Assembly (NCBI GenBank): GCA_029210695.1
Contig: JARGFH010000029.1
Location: forward strand, 1 to 45,922
Reading direction: 5' to 3'
From: Acidimicrobiia bacterium
GTDB taxonomy: Bacteria > Actinomycetota > Acidimicrobiia > Spongiisociales > JAHEDJ01
Length of the DNA: 45,922 nt
The notes below the pieces were generated by a model that was not told the DNA's origin, did no database searches, and saw only the letters and a list, made by a program, of their open reading frames with translations. A program made the translations under genes and the position numbers. Shown one piece after another: positions 18,548 to 28,315 of this stretch (its first letter is position 1; every line of letters starts with the position of its first letter).

Positions 18548-19768
18548 TCAGTCGATGACGAACTGGAGGGCGGCGTGCGCCGTTCGCAGCGCCTGTTCCA
18601 CCTCGAGCGGCGTGGCGCCCTTGGCGAATAGGAACCCGAGATAGCGATTGCCTTCCGGTAGCGGCCGGATCGTATCGCCGGTGTGCATCGAGATCTCCAG
18701 GTCCGTGATGCCGGGAACGGCGAGCGCCTCCTCGTGACCCGTCACCGAGCGGAGAATCCCGGCCCTGGGGATAGGCAGCATCATGACGCCCGACGCCAGA
18801 CCTTCACGGTGGAGGCCTGCCACCGGCATAGCGAGTGCCCTGCGCAGGATGAGCGTCTCGAGTGAGGTACCGAGCAGGCCGAATCGCAACGAACGCCCGC
18901 ACAGGCCGCCGATCGAGCGAGCGGCCACCTCGAGGAGTACGACGCGCGCGCCGTCGACGCGTAACTCGGCGTGAATTGGGCCTTCACGCAACTCGAGCGC
19001 TGCAACTGCTCGTTCGGTCACCCGGATCACCTCCTCGATCATTTCCGGGTGCAGCCGGGACGGTGTTACGAGGATCGTCTCTTCGAAGTACGGGCCGTCG
19101 AGTGGGTCCGGCTTGTCGAAGACTGCCAGCACCTGGAGGTTTCCGTCCGCGAGAAGTCCTTCGACGGCGACCTCGACGCCGGGTATGAAGCGTTCCACCA
19201 GGATGGGCTCGCCGGGTGAACGACCTTCGGTGATCAGGATGCGGCGGATTTGCTCGGCGGCGGCCGGAGCTTCTGATGGGTCGTCAACCCGGATCACGCC
19301 TTGTGAGGCGCTGAGACCGAGGGGCTTCAACACTGCCGGCGCCCCCAGATCGGCGACCGTGGCTTTCGCCTCGTCTGCGGTGTTCACTACTCCGAAGGCA
19401 GGCTGGGGGACTTCCGCCTTCGCCAGTGCCCTGCGCAGCATGGCCTTGTTTCTCGTGGCGGCTACACCGAACGGGGAGTTGTGGGGCAGTCCGAGCAACC
19501 CGGCGGCCAGTGCGGCTATCTCAACACCCTGGTCATCCGCGGCGACGATGGCGTCGATCGGGTGTCCGTCGGCGTGTGCGACGATCCGCCGCGCGGACAT
19601 CTCAGGTGAGGTGCAATCAATGAGAACACCGGCGCTCTGAGCGCGGTCGGACAAGGGCGGCACAGCCTCCGAGGCAATGGTGATATCGGCTCCGAGTTGG
19701 GAGGCGGCATCGATGAACCCGGCGGCGCGATAGGTAGCGGTCGGAAGGATTAGGACGACGTGGGCCAT
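18548..19768 (-). CDS. ATP-grasp ligase (L-amino-acid-ligase-like architecture)
   Basis: RNKAMLRR, VLKPLGLSASQGVIR, LVERFIPG.EVAVEG, HAELR, LLEVAARSIGG and a LAL-type C-terminal domain. Confidence 0.88.
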   Translation of the reverse strand: MAHVVLILPTATYRAAGFIDAASQLGADITIASEAVPPLSDRAQSAGVLIDCTSPEMSARRIVAHADGHPIDAIVAADDQGVEIAALAAGLLGLPHNSPFGVAATRNKAMLRRALAKAEVPQPAFGVVNTADEAKATVADLGAPAVLKPLGLSASQGVIRVDDPSEAPAAAEQIRRILITEGRSPGEPILVERFIPGVEVAVEGLLADGNLQVLAVFDKPDPLDGPYFEETILVTPSRLHPEMIEEVIRVTERAVAALELREGPIHAELRVDGARVVLLEVAARSIGGLCGRSLRFGLLGTSLETLILRRALAMPVAGLHREGLASGVMMLPIPRAGILRSVTGHEEALAVPGITDLEISMHTGDTIRPLPEGNRYLGFLFAKGATPLEVEQALRTAHAALQFVID

Positions 19769-19841
19769 GGCCTGTGCACCCTACCGGCGTGCGCAATGCA
19801 TGCGAACCGGTACCATGCCGGTTTCGCCAATGGGGAACGGG

Positions 19842-20468
19842 ATGACTGACACGATTCTTTCGATAACTGAAGATGCTCTGCGCATGATTCAACAAATCCG
19901 TGACGCCGAACCCGGCGATGATGAATTCGCCCTGTTCATCGAAGTCACCGGCATGCAGGCCACCCAGTTCAACTATGAGCTCAGCTTCGTGCCGGTTGTC
20001 GATGCTCAACCAACGGATCTCGTCGAAAGAATCGATGACCTGGCGCTCATCGTCCGGCAGGCCGATGCCGACAAGCTGCGGGGCGCCACGATCAACCTCG
20101 GCGACGATCCCATGAACCCCGGGCTTGCCATCGACAATCCGAACAACCCCGTCAGCCCGACGATGCCGAGCGCCGATAAGGCCCAACTCTCCGGCCCGCT
20201 CGTTGAGCAGGTGCAGCACGTTCTCGAGCACGAGGTCAACCCGGCTATCGCCTCACACGGCGGAGCCGCCCGGTTGATCTCCGTGGAGGACGACACCGTG
20301 TATCTGGAGTTGATGGGCGGTTGCCAGGGCTGCGGTATGGCAACGGTGACGCTCAAGCACGGGATCGAGCGGATCATCACTGAGGCCATTCCGGAGATCG
20401 CCAAAGTCGTCGATGTGACGGATCACGCCGGTGGCAGCAACCCCTACTACCAGCAGGCCAAGAAATAG
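19842..20468 (+). CDS. nfuA: Fe-S cluster carrier NfuA
   Basis: Degenerate A-type-carrier N-terminal domain, then VNPAIASHGG...GGCQGC...VVDVTDHAGGSNPYY. Confidence 0.88.
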   Translation: MTDTILSITEDALRMIQQIRDAEPGDDEFALFIEVTGMQATQFNYELSFVPVVDAQPTDLVERIDDLALIVRQADADKLRGATINLGDDPMNPGLAIDNPNNPVSPTMPSADKAQLSGPLVEQVQHVLEHEVNPAIASHGGAARLISVEDDTVYLELMGGCQGCGMATVTLKHGIERIITEAIPEIAKVVDVTDHAGGSNPYYQQAKK

Positions 20469-20687
20469 CCTCGCAGGCCTATGCGGATGAGTTCTAGATT
20501 GCCGTCTGAGAGGCAATGACAATCGCGCTCCTGCGCAACCAGACGATCCCGTGATGGTTTCGAGCCGCAACCATTCGCCGGCACCGTTCAGTGAAGAACC
20601 GGACGTCGATCCTCGGCAGTACATTTGGCCCTGTTCAGCGACCTCGTCATGTGGTTGGCTGGAGTAACAACCGGAAAAGGATCCGCC

Positions 20688-21176
20688 GTGCAACGTGATG
20701 TATTCCACTACGAGACCGTTGGGATTCCCTACGAGGCCGCCAGGCGGTTCATGCGTGACGATCCTGCCCGCTTGTTCTCACCCGCCCTGGACGGCACTTC
20801 GGTCGAGAATGATGCAGTGGCCGGCATGCTCGAGATCGACCTCGATGGGATCATCATGGGGGCGGATGTGACCCTCGAGATCGGCGACTTCGAAGAGGTC
20901 GTTGCGCCCCTCCCGCTGTCGAAGCGCAAGATCAGCTGGCACGCCTCGGAGCATGCCGGCGTCTACCCGATCCTGGTCGGAGAGCTCGAAGCGTTTCCGG
21001 CGGGCGCTGGTCGAACCCAGATCACCTTCACGTGCCACTACCGACCTCCCCTGTGGGCAGTCGGGGCTGTGGCCGATACGGTGTACCTGCACCGGGTGGC
21101 GGAGGAGTGTCTCGATCGGTTCTTCGCCCGGCTCATCGAAAGCCTGGAAGGCGCCGTCGAGCACCTGAACAACTAG
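20688..21176 (+). CDS. Hypothetical protein (possible SRPBCC/START-like fold)
   Basis: AAAGGA RBS before GTG 20688. Ends in ...YPILVGELE...TQITFTCHYRPPL...LHRVAE. The start is uncertain. Confidence 0.65.
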   Translation: MQRDVFHYETVGIPYEAARRFMRDDPARLFSPALDGTSVENDAVAGMLEIDLDGIIMGADVTLEIGDFEEVVAPLPLSKRKISWHASEHAGVYPILVGELEAFPAGAGRTQITFTCHYRPPLWAVGAVADTVYLHRVAEECLDRFFARLIESLEGAVEHLNN

Positions 21177-21254
21177 ACCCATTCGGGCGTACCACAAACC
21201 CCGGCAGCTACCATCGCCCGGACTAGGGCCGTACCGTCTGACTAGGACGCCTGT

Positions 21255-23450
21255 TTGACCACGCTGCAGCGCCATCTGAGCCTCCCGGCCGTTTTCACCG
21301 TGAGCCTTGGTGCGATGATCGGAAGCGGGATCTTCGTCCTGCCGGGCCTGGCCATTCAACTGGCCGGGCCTGCCGCCGTTCTTGCGTACATCCTGGCCGG
21401 TCTTGTGGTCGTTCCTGCAGCCCTCAGCAAGGCAGAAATGGCAACCGCCATGCCGATGGCCGGTGGCACCTACCTGTTCATCGATCGGGCCATGGGCCCG
21501 CTGATGGGAACGATTGCAGGATTCGGAGTTTGGTTTGCCCTTGTGTTCAAGGCTGCGTTCGCGCTGGTCGGATTCGAGGGTTACCTCGATTTTTTCGTTG
21601 ATGTCCCGGTTCAGTGGGTAGGAATCGGTCTGGGGGTTCTGCTGACCGGAATGAATGCCACGGGGGTGCGGCTGTCCGGCCGGTTCCAGACGGTCATCGT
21701 GGCGGCGGTGTTGGCCGTCCTCGGGTTCATCGTCGTGGTCGGGGCCGGATCGATGGATGTCGACGCATTCACGCCGTTCGCTCCTGAGGGACTCGGCGGT
21801 CTCATCGCAGCAACCGCACTCGTGTTCGTATCGTACGCGGGGGTTACCAAGGTCGCCTCGGTGGCCGAAGAAGTGAAGAACCCATCCCGGTCCCTTCCGA
21901 TCGGCATGCTCGGCTCGATCGGACTGATGCTGGTTCTCTATCCGGCTCTGTTGATGGTGATCGTTGGGACGGTGCCGCTTGCCACGATCGGTTCCGATCC
22001 GGCGCCGATGGTGGCCGCCGCCCGGCAGTTCACAGGATCGCTCGGCCAGGACATCGTGGCGGTAACCGCCATTCTCGCCCTCGTCAGCATGGCGAATGCC
22101 GGCCTGCTCAGCTCGTCGCGATATCCGTTTGCGATGGCCCGAAACGCGCTGGCGCCTCGCTTCTTCGAGCGGGTTGGTAAACGGAGCGGAACACCGACCG
22201 CATCCGTTCTGGTGACCGGGTCGATGCTGATCCTGTTGATCGCCACGGTCCCGCTCATCGAGCTCGCCAAGCTTGCCTCCGCCTTTCAAGTGCTCGTGTT
22301 TTCTCTGGTCAATCTCTCTGTGATTGCTTTCCGCGAGGCGAAGGTCCCGTGGTATCGGCCGGGATTCAAGTCGCCTTTCTACCCGTATATTCAGATCGCC
22401 GGCATCGCCGGTGCCCTCGTGCTGTTCACCCAACTTGGGTTGTTTCCGGTCGTCGGGGCTGTGGGAATCGTCATGGTTGGGGTGATTTGGTACAGGATCT
22501 TCGGACAATCGCGCGTGTCCCACGAGAGTGCTCTCCTCGATGCACTCCGACTGCGGGCGACGAGCCGTCTCGTCGATTTGACCCGGGATGCCCTGAGCCT
22601 CCCAGGCCGTGACCACATCCTGATTCCGGTGTCCGACGCGATCGTCTCGAGTCGTCTGCGGGCCTTGCTCCGGCTGGCGAACGGCCTCGTCGCCGATGAT
22701 GGTCGGATCACCCTGGCTCGCGTCGATCGCGATGTGAGGGGTGCGTTGTGGTGGAAGCGGGCCAGGTTCCCGGAGGCCAGCGACCCGTTCCGGATCGGGG
22801 TCAGGCGTATCGCTGATGAGCTCGGGATTGATGTTGGTGTGGTCCGCCCGCGTGGTGCGGATGTTCGCGCCGCGCTCAACGACTACCTCGCCAGGCATTC
22901 AGTGGACCTTGTGCTGACCTACCAGTCGGAGCCCGGTAGGCGACGACGGGGCTTCTCTGCTGATGTCAGGTGGCTTCAGGAACACGCATCCTGCGACGTG
23001 GCGATCTTGCATGGTGGTGAGGTCGTGGATCCTCGCCGCATCACGGTCATGGGGGCGGGTTCGCCCTATGACGTCATGAAGATCGATGTCGGAAACCGGT
23101 TTGCGACTGCTCCAGGTGCCGCGATTTCCTTTGTACACGTCCTGCCGGAGGACGCCACCGATCCACAGGTTGACGCTATCAAGGGTTATCACATGCAACT
23201 CGAGGGACTCTGCCGCGCTCCAACCTCGAGTGTTGTGGAGCGGGCGCCCGACTTCCTGGAAGCGATCGCGGCGCGAGGCCGCGGCTCCGATCTCGTGATC
23301 CTCGGCGCCTCCCGGAGGACGACCGGGCTTGGAGCGGAGTTGACGGACAGCATCGCCGAGGCGGTCCAGGCCCCGGTATTGGTGGTGTCCTCACGTGAGC
23401 CGGGGACTCCCGGCTTTCTCCGGGCAAATCTGGAGCGGTTGATCTACTGA
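21255..23450 (+). CDS. APC-family amino acid permease fused to C-terminal universal-stress-protein-like domains
   Basis: GAMIGSGIFVLPG, AGGTY and AEEVKNP motifs with ~12 TM segments. The C-terminus has HILIPV, CDVAIL, SDLVILGA and APVLVV. Confidence 0.88.
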   Translation: MTTLQRHLSLPAVFTVSLGAMIGSGIFVLPGLAIQLAGPAAVLAYILAGLVVVPAALSKAEMATAMPMAGGTYLFIDRAMGPLMGTIAGFGVWFALVFKAAFALVGFEGYLDFFVDVPVQWVGIGLGVLLTGMNATGVRLSGRFQTVIVAAVLAVLGFIVVVGAGSMDVDAFTPFAPEGLGGLIAATALVFVSYAGVTKVASVAEEVKNPSRSLPIGMLGSIGLMLVLYPALLMVIVGTVPLATIGSDPAPMVAAARQFTGSLGQDIVAVTAILALVSMANAGLLSSSRYPFAMARNALAPRFFERVGKRSGTPTASVLVTGSMLILLIATVPLIELAKLASAFQVLVFSLVNLSVIAFREAKVPWYRPGFKSPFYPYIQIAGIAGALVLFTQLGLFPVVGAVGIVMVGVIWYRIFGQSRVSHESALLDALRLRATSRLVDLTRDALSLPGRDHILIPVSDAIVSSRLRALLRLANGLVADDGRITLARVDRDVRGALWWKRARFPEASDPFRIGVRRIADELGIDVGVVRPRGADVRAALNDYLARHSVDLVLTYQSEPGRRRRGFSADVRWLQEHASCDVAILHGGEVVDPRRITVMGAGSPYDVMKIDVGNRFATAPGAAISFVHVLPEDATDPQVDAIKGYHMQLEGLCRAPTSSVVERAPDFLEAIAARGRGSDLVILGASRRTTGLGAELTDSIAEAVQAPVLVVSSREPGTPGFLRANLERLIY

Positions 23451-23452
23451 CG

Positions 23453-23567
23453 CCAGGTTTTTTCCGCAATGCAATGGACCGTGACGCGCCACAGTATTGC
23501 TGAGAAACCTTCCAGGATTTTCTGCGCAATGCAATGGACCGTGACGCGCCGCTCTATTGCGGAGAAT
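23453..23567. repeat. Tandem pair of REP-like imperfect palindromes
   Basis: CGCAATGCAATGGACCGTGACGCGCC is identical at 23465-23490 and 23525-23550 (period 60). Each copy is closed by ATTGC(T/G)GAGAA. Related to the palindrome at 34762. Confidence 0.85.
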
Positions 23568-25287
23568 CGATCCATTCGAGGAAACGCTCGATGGGCCACG
23601 TGTTGACCACCCGGTCGGGCGTCAACCAGCCGCGCTGCGCGTTGGCGACTCCCCACTCCATCCGTCGCATCTCGGAGGGATGGTGCGAGTCGGTCGAGAT
23701 CACGAAGTGAACGCCCCGTGGGATTCCGGCCCGGATCACTTCCGGCGCCGCGTCGAGCCGTTCGAGAGCGCCGTTGATCTCGAGCGCGGTCCCGGTCAGG
23801 GCGGCGGCTTCGAGTACTGCTTCGACATCGAACTCGATACCCGGGCGGCGCCCGATCATCCGGCCGCTCAGGTGGCCGATAGCGTTGACCGCCGGGTTCT
23901 GCATGGCAGTAATGAGCCGGATCGTCTGGTCATCGGCGGAGCGGTCGAAGTGGTCGTGGACGCTGGCGACGCACCAGTCGAACCCGGCAAGGAATTCGGC
24001 GTCGTAGTCGACGCCCCCATCGACTGAGATGTTCAGCTCGCATCCATGCAGGATCCGGAGATCCGGATACTGTTTCTGCAACTCTGCAATTTCAGCTCTC
24101 TGCTGCAGAAGCTCTGCGCGGGAGACTCCGTTGATCGTCAGGTCTTCGCCGTGGTCGGTTATGGCGAGGTATTCGAGACCGTGCTCGTGCGCGCCGCTCA
24201 CCATGTCTCCGAGTGAGGCACGGCCATCTCCGGAACGGTCGGTGTGGTCGTGGAGGTCGCCGCGGATATCGTCGAGCTGCACCAGGGTTGGAAGGTTCCC
24301 GGCTGCGGCCAGTTCAATCTCACCAATTCCTTCACGCATCGGTGGTGGAATCCATTGGAGCCCGAGGGACTGATAGATGTCTTCCTCGGTCGCCGACGCC
24401 ACCACGTCACCGGTTTCTATCGCAACCAGCCCATACTCGTTGAGGGTCAGCCCGCGGGAGAGCGCGATTTGCCGAACCGCGATGTTGTGAGCCTTCGAAC
24501 CGGTGAAATACTGTGTGGCGGCTCCGTACTCCTGCGGTTCCACGACCCGCACGTCCACCTGGAGGCCAGCGGCCGTTACAAACGACGTCTTGGTCGCTCC
24601 ATGGCCGAGGACCTCGGCGACGATCGGCAGGTCCGGTACGTATCCGCTGACGGCATCCGGATCAGCTGCCGCCACCACCACGTCGACGTCTGCAACCGTT
24701 TCGCGAAACCTGCGCAGGCTGCCGCAAAACTGGGCAGCAACCACGCTCTCCATTTTGCTGAGCTCCTCCACCAACGCGGCGGCCACCGGCCATGCTTCCG
24801 CGATGGGAAACCGCAACTCCTTGCCCCGCAATCCGAGCTGTTCGATTGCTCGTCCTATCTTCTCTTCTTTGGCCGGACCGAATCCGGGTAGTTCGCGGAG
24901 GAGTTGCTGATCGAGCGCAGCTTCGAGCCCTGCGAGGTTCTCTATCCTCAGCTCGTCTCTCAGTCGTCGCGCCGTCTTTGGCCCGATACCGGGAATCTTG
25001 GTCATTCGCACGAATTCAGGCGGATATGTAGTGCGGAGAAGCTCGAGTTTCTCGGACCGCCCGGTCGACACGAACTCCTGGATCTTGGCGGCCGTGCTCT
25101 TTCCGATGCCTTTGAGTGCCACCAGTTCCGCTTCCGACATGTTCACCACGTCGCCGGACTCGGCCTCGACGGAGCGCCGTGCGTTCTCGTAGGCGCGCAC
25201 CCTGAACGACTGTGGGTCGCCCTCATCGAGAATCGTCAGTTCGGCGAGTTCGTCGAGCAGGGCAAGGATGTCGCGTTTGGTAGCCAC
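23554..25287 (-). CDS. polX: DNA polymerase X family with C-terminal PHP domain
   Basis: FRVRAYE, HhH motifs GIGKST and PGIGPKT, GSLRR..TVADVDVV, QVDVR, YFTGSKAHN. PHP motifs GDLHDHT, ITDH, GHLSGR and STDSH. Confidence 0.93.
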   Translation of the reverse strand: MATKRDILALLDELAELTILDEGDPQSFRVRAYENARRSVEAESGDVVNMSEAELVALKGIGKSTAAKIQEFVSTGRSEKLELLRTTYPPEFVRMTKIPGIGPKTARRLRDELRIENLAGLEAALDQQLLRELPGFGPAKEEKIGRAIEQLGLRGKELRFPIAEAWPVAAALVEELSKMESVVAAQFCGSLRRFRETVADVDVVVAAADPDAVSGYVPDLPIVAEVLGHGATKTSFVTAAGLQVDVRVVEPQEYGAATQYFTGSKAHNIAVRQIALSRGLTLNEYGLVAIETGDVVASATEEDIYQSLGLQWIPPPMREGIGEIELAAAGNLPTLVQLDDIRGDLHDHTDRSGDGRASLGDMVSGAHEHGLEYLAITDHGEDLTINGVSRAELLQQRAEIAELQKQYPDLRILHGCELNISVDGGVDYDAEFLAGFDWCVASVHDHFDRSADDQTIRLITAMQNPAVNAIGHLSGRMIGRRPGIEFDVEAVLEAAALTGTALEINGALERLDAAPEVIRAGIPRGVHFVISTDSHHPSEMRRMEWGVANAQRGWLTPDRVVNTWPIERFLEWIDSPQ

Positions 25288-25300
25288 GCGGCGGAATCTA

Positions 25301-27373
25301 CTACCGGCGTCGCCCCGTGCGATGGGCAGCCAGCAGTTCCGAGACCTCCCTGATGTCCGCCTCCTCGATCTCCCCGCCACCGTAGGCCGCCACCGTTATC
25401 AGTTCGCCCGCGCGACGCGCCCCCGCCATCCCTGCTTGTTCGAGCGATTCGAGGTACTCGAGTGGTGTGTCGGAAGGCGGCCGAATCAGGCCACGGTGTG
25501 CTCCGATGTCCTCAAAGGCGGCCAGGGTCTTGTCGGCCCACGATCGACGCCGCGCTCGTCTCCGTTCGGCACCAGTGCTCCAACCAAGCAGCCCGAGAAC
25601 GACCACCACGGCTCCGAGGCCGGCTACGCGCAGCGACCGCCCGACATATGACGGTAGGGAGTCGATCCGGCCGGCCAGGTAGTCGAGTAATCCGCTACCG
25701 GCCCGGCTGTTGGAGCCGCCGTCATAGAGGGGAACCCGGGCCGTCGGGTCGAATCCCTGCCAGCCGACTCCCGGGAAGTACACCTCGGCCCAGCTGTGGG
25801 CATCGGATGCTTTCACGTCGTACAAACCGGTGAATGGATTGCGTTCTCCAGGCGTGTAGCCGATCACCAGCCGCGCCGGGATGCCGAGGGACCGGAGCAT
25901 CACGACCAGACTCGATCCGATCTGCTCGCAGAATCCCTGCTTGTCGACAAATAGAAACTGATCAACGGCATCGGCGCCGGGTGTGAGTGGCGGGGCGTCG
26001 AGGTTGTAGGTGGTGTTCTCGCTCATCCATGATTCCAGAGCGAGGATCTTGTCGTAGGTGGTCGGCGCGGCGGCCGTCACATTCCTGGCGAGTTCTAGGA
26101 CCCGGTCCGGCACGTTCGGCAGCTGCAAGTAGCGGTCGACACCTGAATATGAGAGGCGAAGCGGATCAGCCGATCGCAACATATCCTCATCGACCCGGGC
26201 CATCTCGCTCACGACGGTGTAGATCGAGCCTCTGCCGAGATTGACGCCGGTACGCAGGGTTCCGTCCTCGAGCTCGAATAGCGAGCGCTCCGTGAAGAAC
26301 ACATCATCGATCCGGTAGGCGCCGAAGATGAGATTGGGGCCCGGCCGCTCGATGTAGAACGTTTGAACGAAGCGATCAGACCCCGGCCATCCCGCCAGAT
26401 CATCGCCAGCCGTGGTCAAAGGCCTGATCGACCCGTCGCCTGAGATCGGCACTGCGTCGCCATTCGAGGAGGTCCACGTTCGCCCATCCCAAACATCGAA
26501 GGTCTGTCCTCGCCAGAACGCCGGGGCAGGGGCTCTGACCCGCATCACCAGCGTGTCGTCCGGACGACCTCGCAATGAAGTATCGAGAGAGTCGGCAAAT
26601 CCGAAATAACCGAACGAAGCACGATCAAAGAGATCGCCGGACCCATCACCGCTGCCGCCGAGCGATGGATTCGAGAACCCTCCCGGCTGCATCAGACTCG
26701 AGATGATCGACAGTTCGGCCGGGAAGGCGATCGGGTTCAGCGTCCTGGCGGCCGGCATCAGAAGGAAGGCGGCCGCCGCACAGGCCAGGACTGCTCCCGC
26801 CGGTCCGGCCACCGAACGGGCGTTGGACGATGTCTCGCCCAGCGGTACTGCAGTCTGGAGGCGAGACATATACGCCATGTACAGGCTCGAAATCCCGCCG
26901 GCTGCCCAGAGAACGATGAAGACTCCGACACCCATTCCCACGGAGAGCACGGAGGCGACGGCCAGCATCACGAGGCTCGAAGCCAGCGAGAACATCAGGT
27001 CGCGCCGGGCGGGTAGATGGAGCGAGTGGAGGAACTGCACCCAGAGAAAGAGTTCGGCTAGCGGGATCTGCACATCGATCGCGGACACGATCTGTGCGGC
27101 TCTGATCTGCCCGACGAACCCGGCGAGCGCCACAACCAATCCAACCGCGATCCCGAGCTTGAGCATCGCTGATTCTCGATGGCGCCGGTGATACGACCAC
27201 CAGAACGCCAGTGGGATACCGATGAGTGAAACTCCGATTGTGGCCGGGCCGACCAGCCCTTCGTTGATGATTCCGATGGCGGCGATGAGCACGGTGGCCA
27301 GAACTGCGGACCGGAGCGGTTTCGATGATTCGGGATCGGCGACGGGTGCCGATCTCCAGAACGGCGTGTTCAT
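25301..27373 (-). CDS. Membrane transglutaminase-like protein (TgpA/DUF3488-type)
   Basis: N-terminal TM bundle, FWRGQTFD, catalytic GFCEQ, GIPARLVIGY, HSWAEVYFPGVGWQGFDPT. Confidence 0.9.
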   Translation of the reverse strand: MNTPFWRSAPVADPESSKPLRSAVLATVLIAAIGIINEGLVGPATIGVSLIGIPLAFWWSYHRRHRESAMLKLGIAVGLVVALAGFVGQIRAAQIVSAIDVQIPLAELFLWVQFLHSLHLPARRDLMFSLASSLVMLAVASVLSVGMGVGVFIVLWAAGGISSLYMAYMSRLQTAVPLGETSSNARSVAGPAGAVLACAAAAFLLMPAARTLNPIAFPAELSIISSLMQPGGFSNPSLGGSGDGSGDLFDRASFGYFGFADSLDTSLRGRPDDTLVMRVRAPAPAFWRGQTFDVWDGRTWTSSNGDAVPISGDGSIRPLTTAGDDLAGWPGSDRFVQTFYIERPGPNLIFGAYRIDDVFFTERSLFELEDGTLRTGVNLGRGSIYTVVSEMARVDEDMLRSADPLRLSYSGVDRYLQLPNVPDRVLELARNVTAAAPTTYDKILALESWMSENTTYNLDAPPLTPGADAVDQFLFVDKQGFCEQIGSSLVVMLRSLGIPARLVIGYTPGERNPFTGLYDVKASDAHSWAEVYFPGVGWQGFDPTARVPLYDGGSNSRAGSGLLDYLAGRIDSLPSYVGRSLRVAGLGAVVVVLGLLGWSTGAERRRARRRSWADKTLAAFEDIGAHRGLIRPPSDTPLEYLESLEQAGMAGARRAGELITVAAYGGGEIEEADIREVSELLAAHRTGRRR

Positions 27374-28314
27374 CCCGCACCGCCCGTTTGGTTTCCCACC
27401 CGGATGACCTCGGCCCCGGCCGGAAGGGGACCGGCAGGAGGTACCCCCGGCATGGCCCCCGCCAGGCGACGGCCCGCCTCCCGCATAGATCCCACATCTC
27501 CGATCACCGGTCCCTGCGCGGTGAACGTTGAAAGGGTGACCGGGAGCCCGTCCCTCCTGGCCGTCTGGATCAGGCCGGCAGCCTCGCCGGCGCTTTGTTC
27601 GGCATCAGAGCCGCTCACATCGACGATCAGCGCCAGATGGGGACGTTCCGGAGGTTCCAGTTCTTTGACGACCAGATCTGGCCTTCCGGCGCTCGCTCGC
27701 CAGTGCACCATGCGCATGGCATCACCGGGCGTGTACTCGCGAAGGCTCCGGACCATGTCTCCAGGCCCGGTGCCCCCTGCTCCTGTTCCATCTCCGCCGG
27801 CTCCACCCGCCAGTCGATCGGGCAAGCGCGTCGGGATCGGCTGCGGTGCCACGTAGATAGGATCAAGCAGGTCCACGGTGATCTTTCTGCGCGCCGCAAA
27901 GAGGTCGAACGGCGCTGCACACCAGAGCTCAATCGTCAGCTGGTGGAGAACCCCACGCGTGGGAGCGCTCACGGGGATGACCCCCTGTGACGGCGGTTGC
28001 GCCCACACCGCAGGGGTCGTCAGCGCAGGGATCTCGAGCCGTACGCCTGCCCGCGGCCGATCGATCCGAAGGGCCAGAGCAAACGGCCGACCGGCGACCG
28101 CGTCGACCGGACCTGAAGCGTCCAGCACGATTGAGCGAACGAGCACAAGCGGCCAGATGGCTCCAACTGCCAGGGCGCCGGCGACGAGCGAGGCGAGCAC
28201 CGCCAACCAGCCCGCACCCGTAGTCTGCGCCGCCCCGAAGATCCCGAGGTTCAGGACGATCAGAGCAATGCCGCCCCGGGTCGGGAGAAAGCGGGCCCGA
28301 TCCCTCCAGGACAT
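27370..28314 (-). CDS. DUF58 domain protein
   Basis: LREYTPGDAMRMVHWRASA...LVVKELE motif, located between MoxR and the transglutaminase. Confidence 0.88.
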   Translation of the reverse strand: MSWRDRARFLPTRGGIALIVLNLGIFGAAQTTGAGWLAVLASLVAGALAVGAIWPLVLVRSIVLDASGPVDAVAGRPFALALRIDRPRAGVRLEIPALTTPAVWAQPPSQGVIPVSAPTRGVLHQLTIELWCAAPFDLFAARRKITVDLLDPIYVAPQPIPTRLPDRLAGGAGGDGTGAGGTGPGDMVRSLREYTPGDAMRMVHWRASAGRPDLVVKELEPPERPHLALIVDVSGSDAEQSAGEAAGLIQTARRDGLPVTLSTFTAQGPVIGDVGSMREAGRRLAGAMPGVPPAGPLPAGAEVIRVGNQTGGAG

Positions 28315-28315
28315 G

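Noticed and set aside
6954..19768. Two S9 peptidases + ATP-grasp + repeat protein read as a complete RiPP cluster
   Set aside because: The peptidases are separated from the module by unrelated housekeeping genes (malQ, thiN, a dehydrogenase) and have their own promoters. Only a weak version is kept as a hypothesis in the findings.
23453..23567. Direct repeats of 26 bp at a 60-bp period resembling a mini CRISPR array
   Set aside because: There are only two units, the 'spacers' resemble each other and complete a palindrome, a related stand-alone copy lies at 34762, and no cas genes are present.
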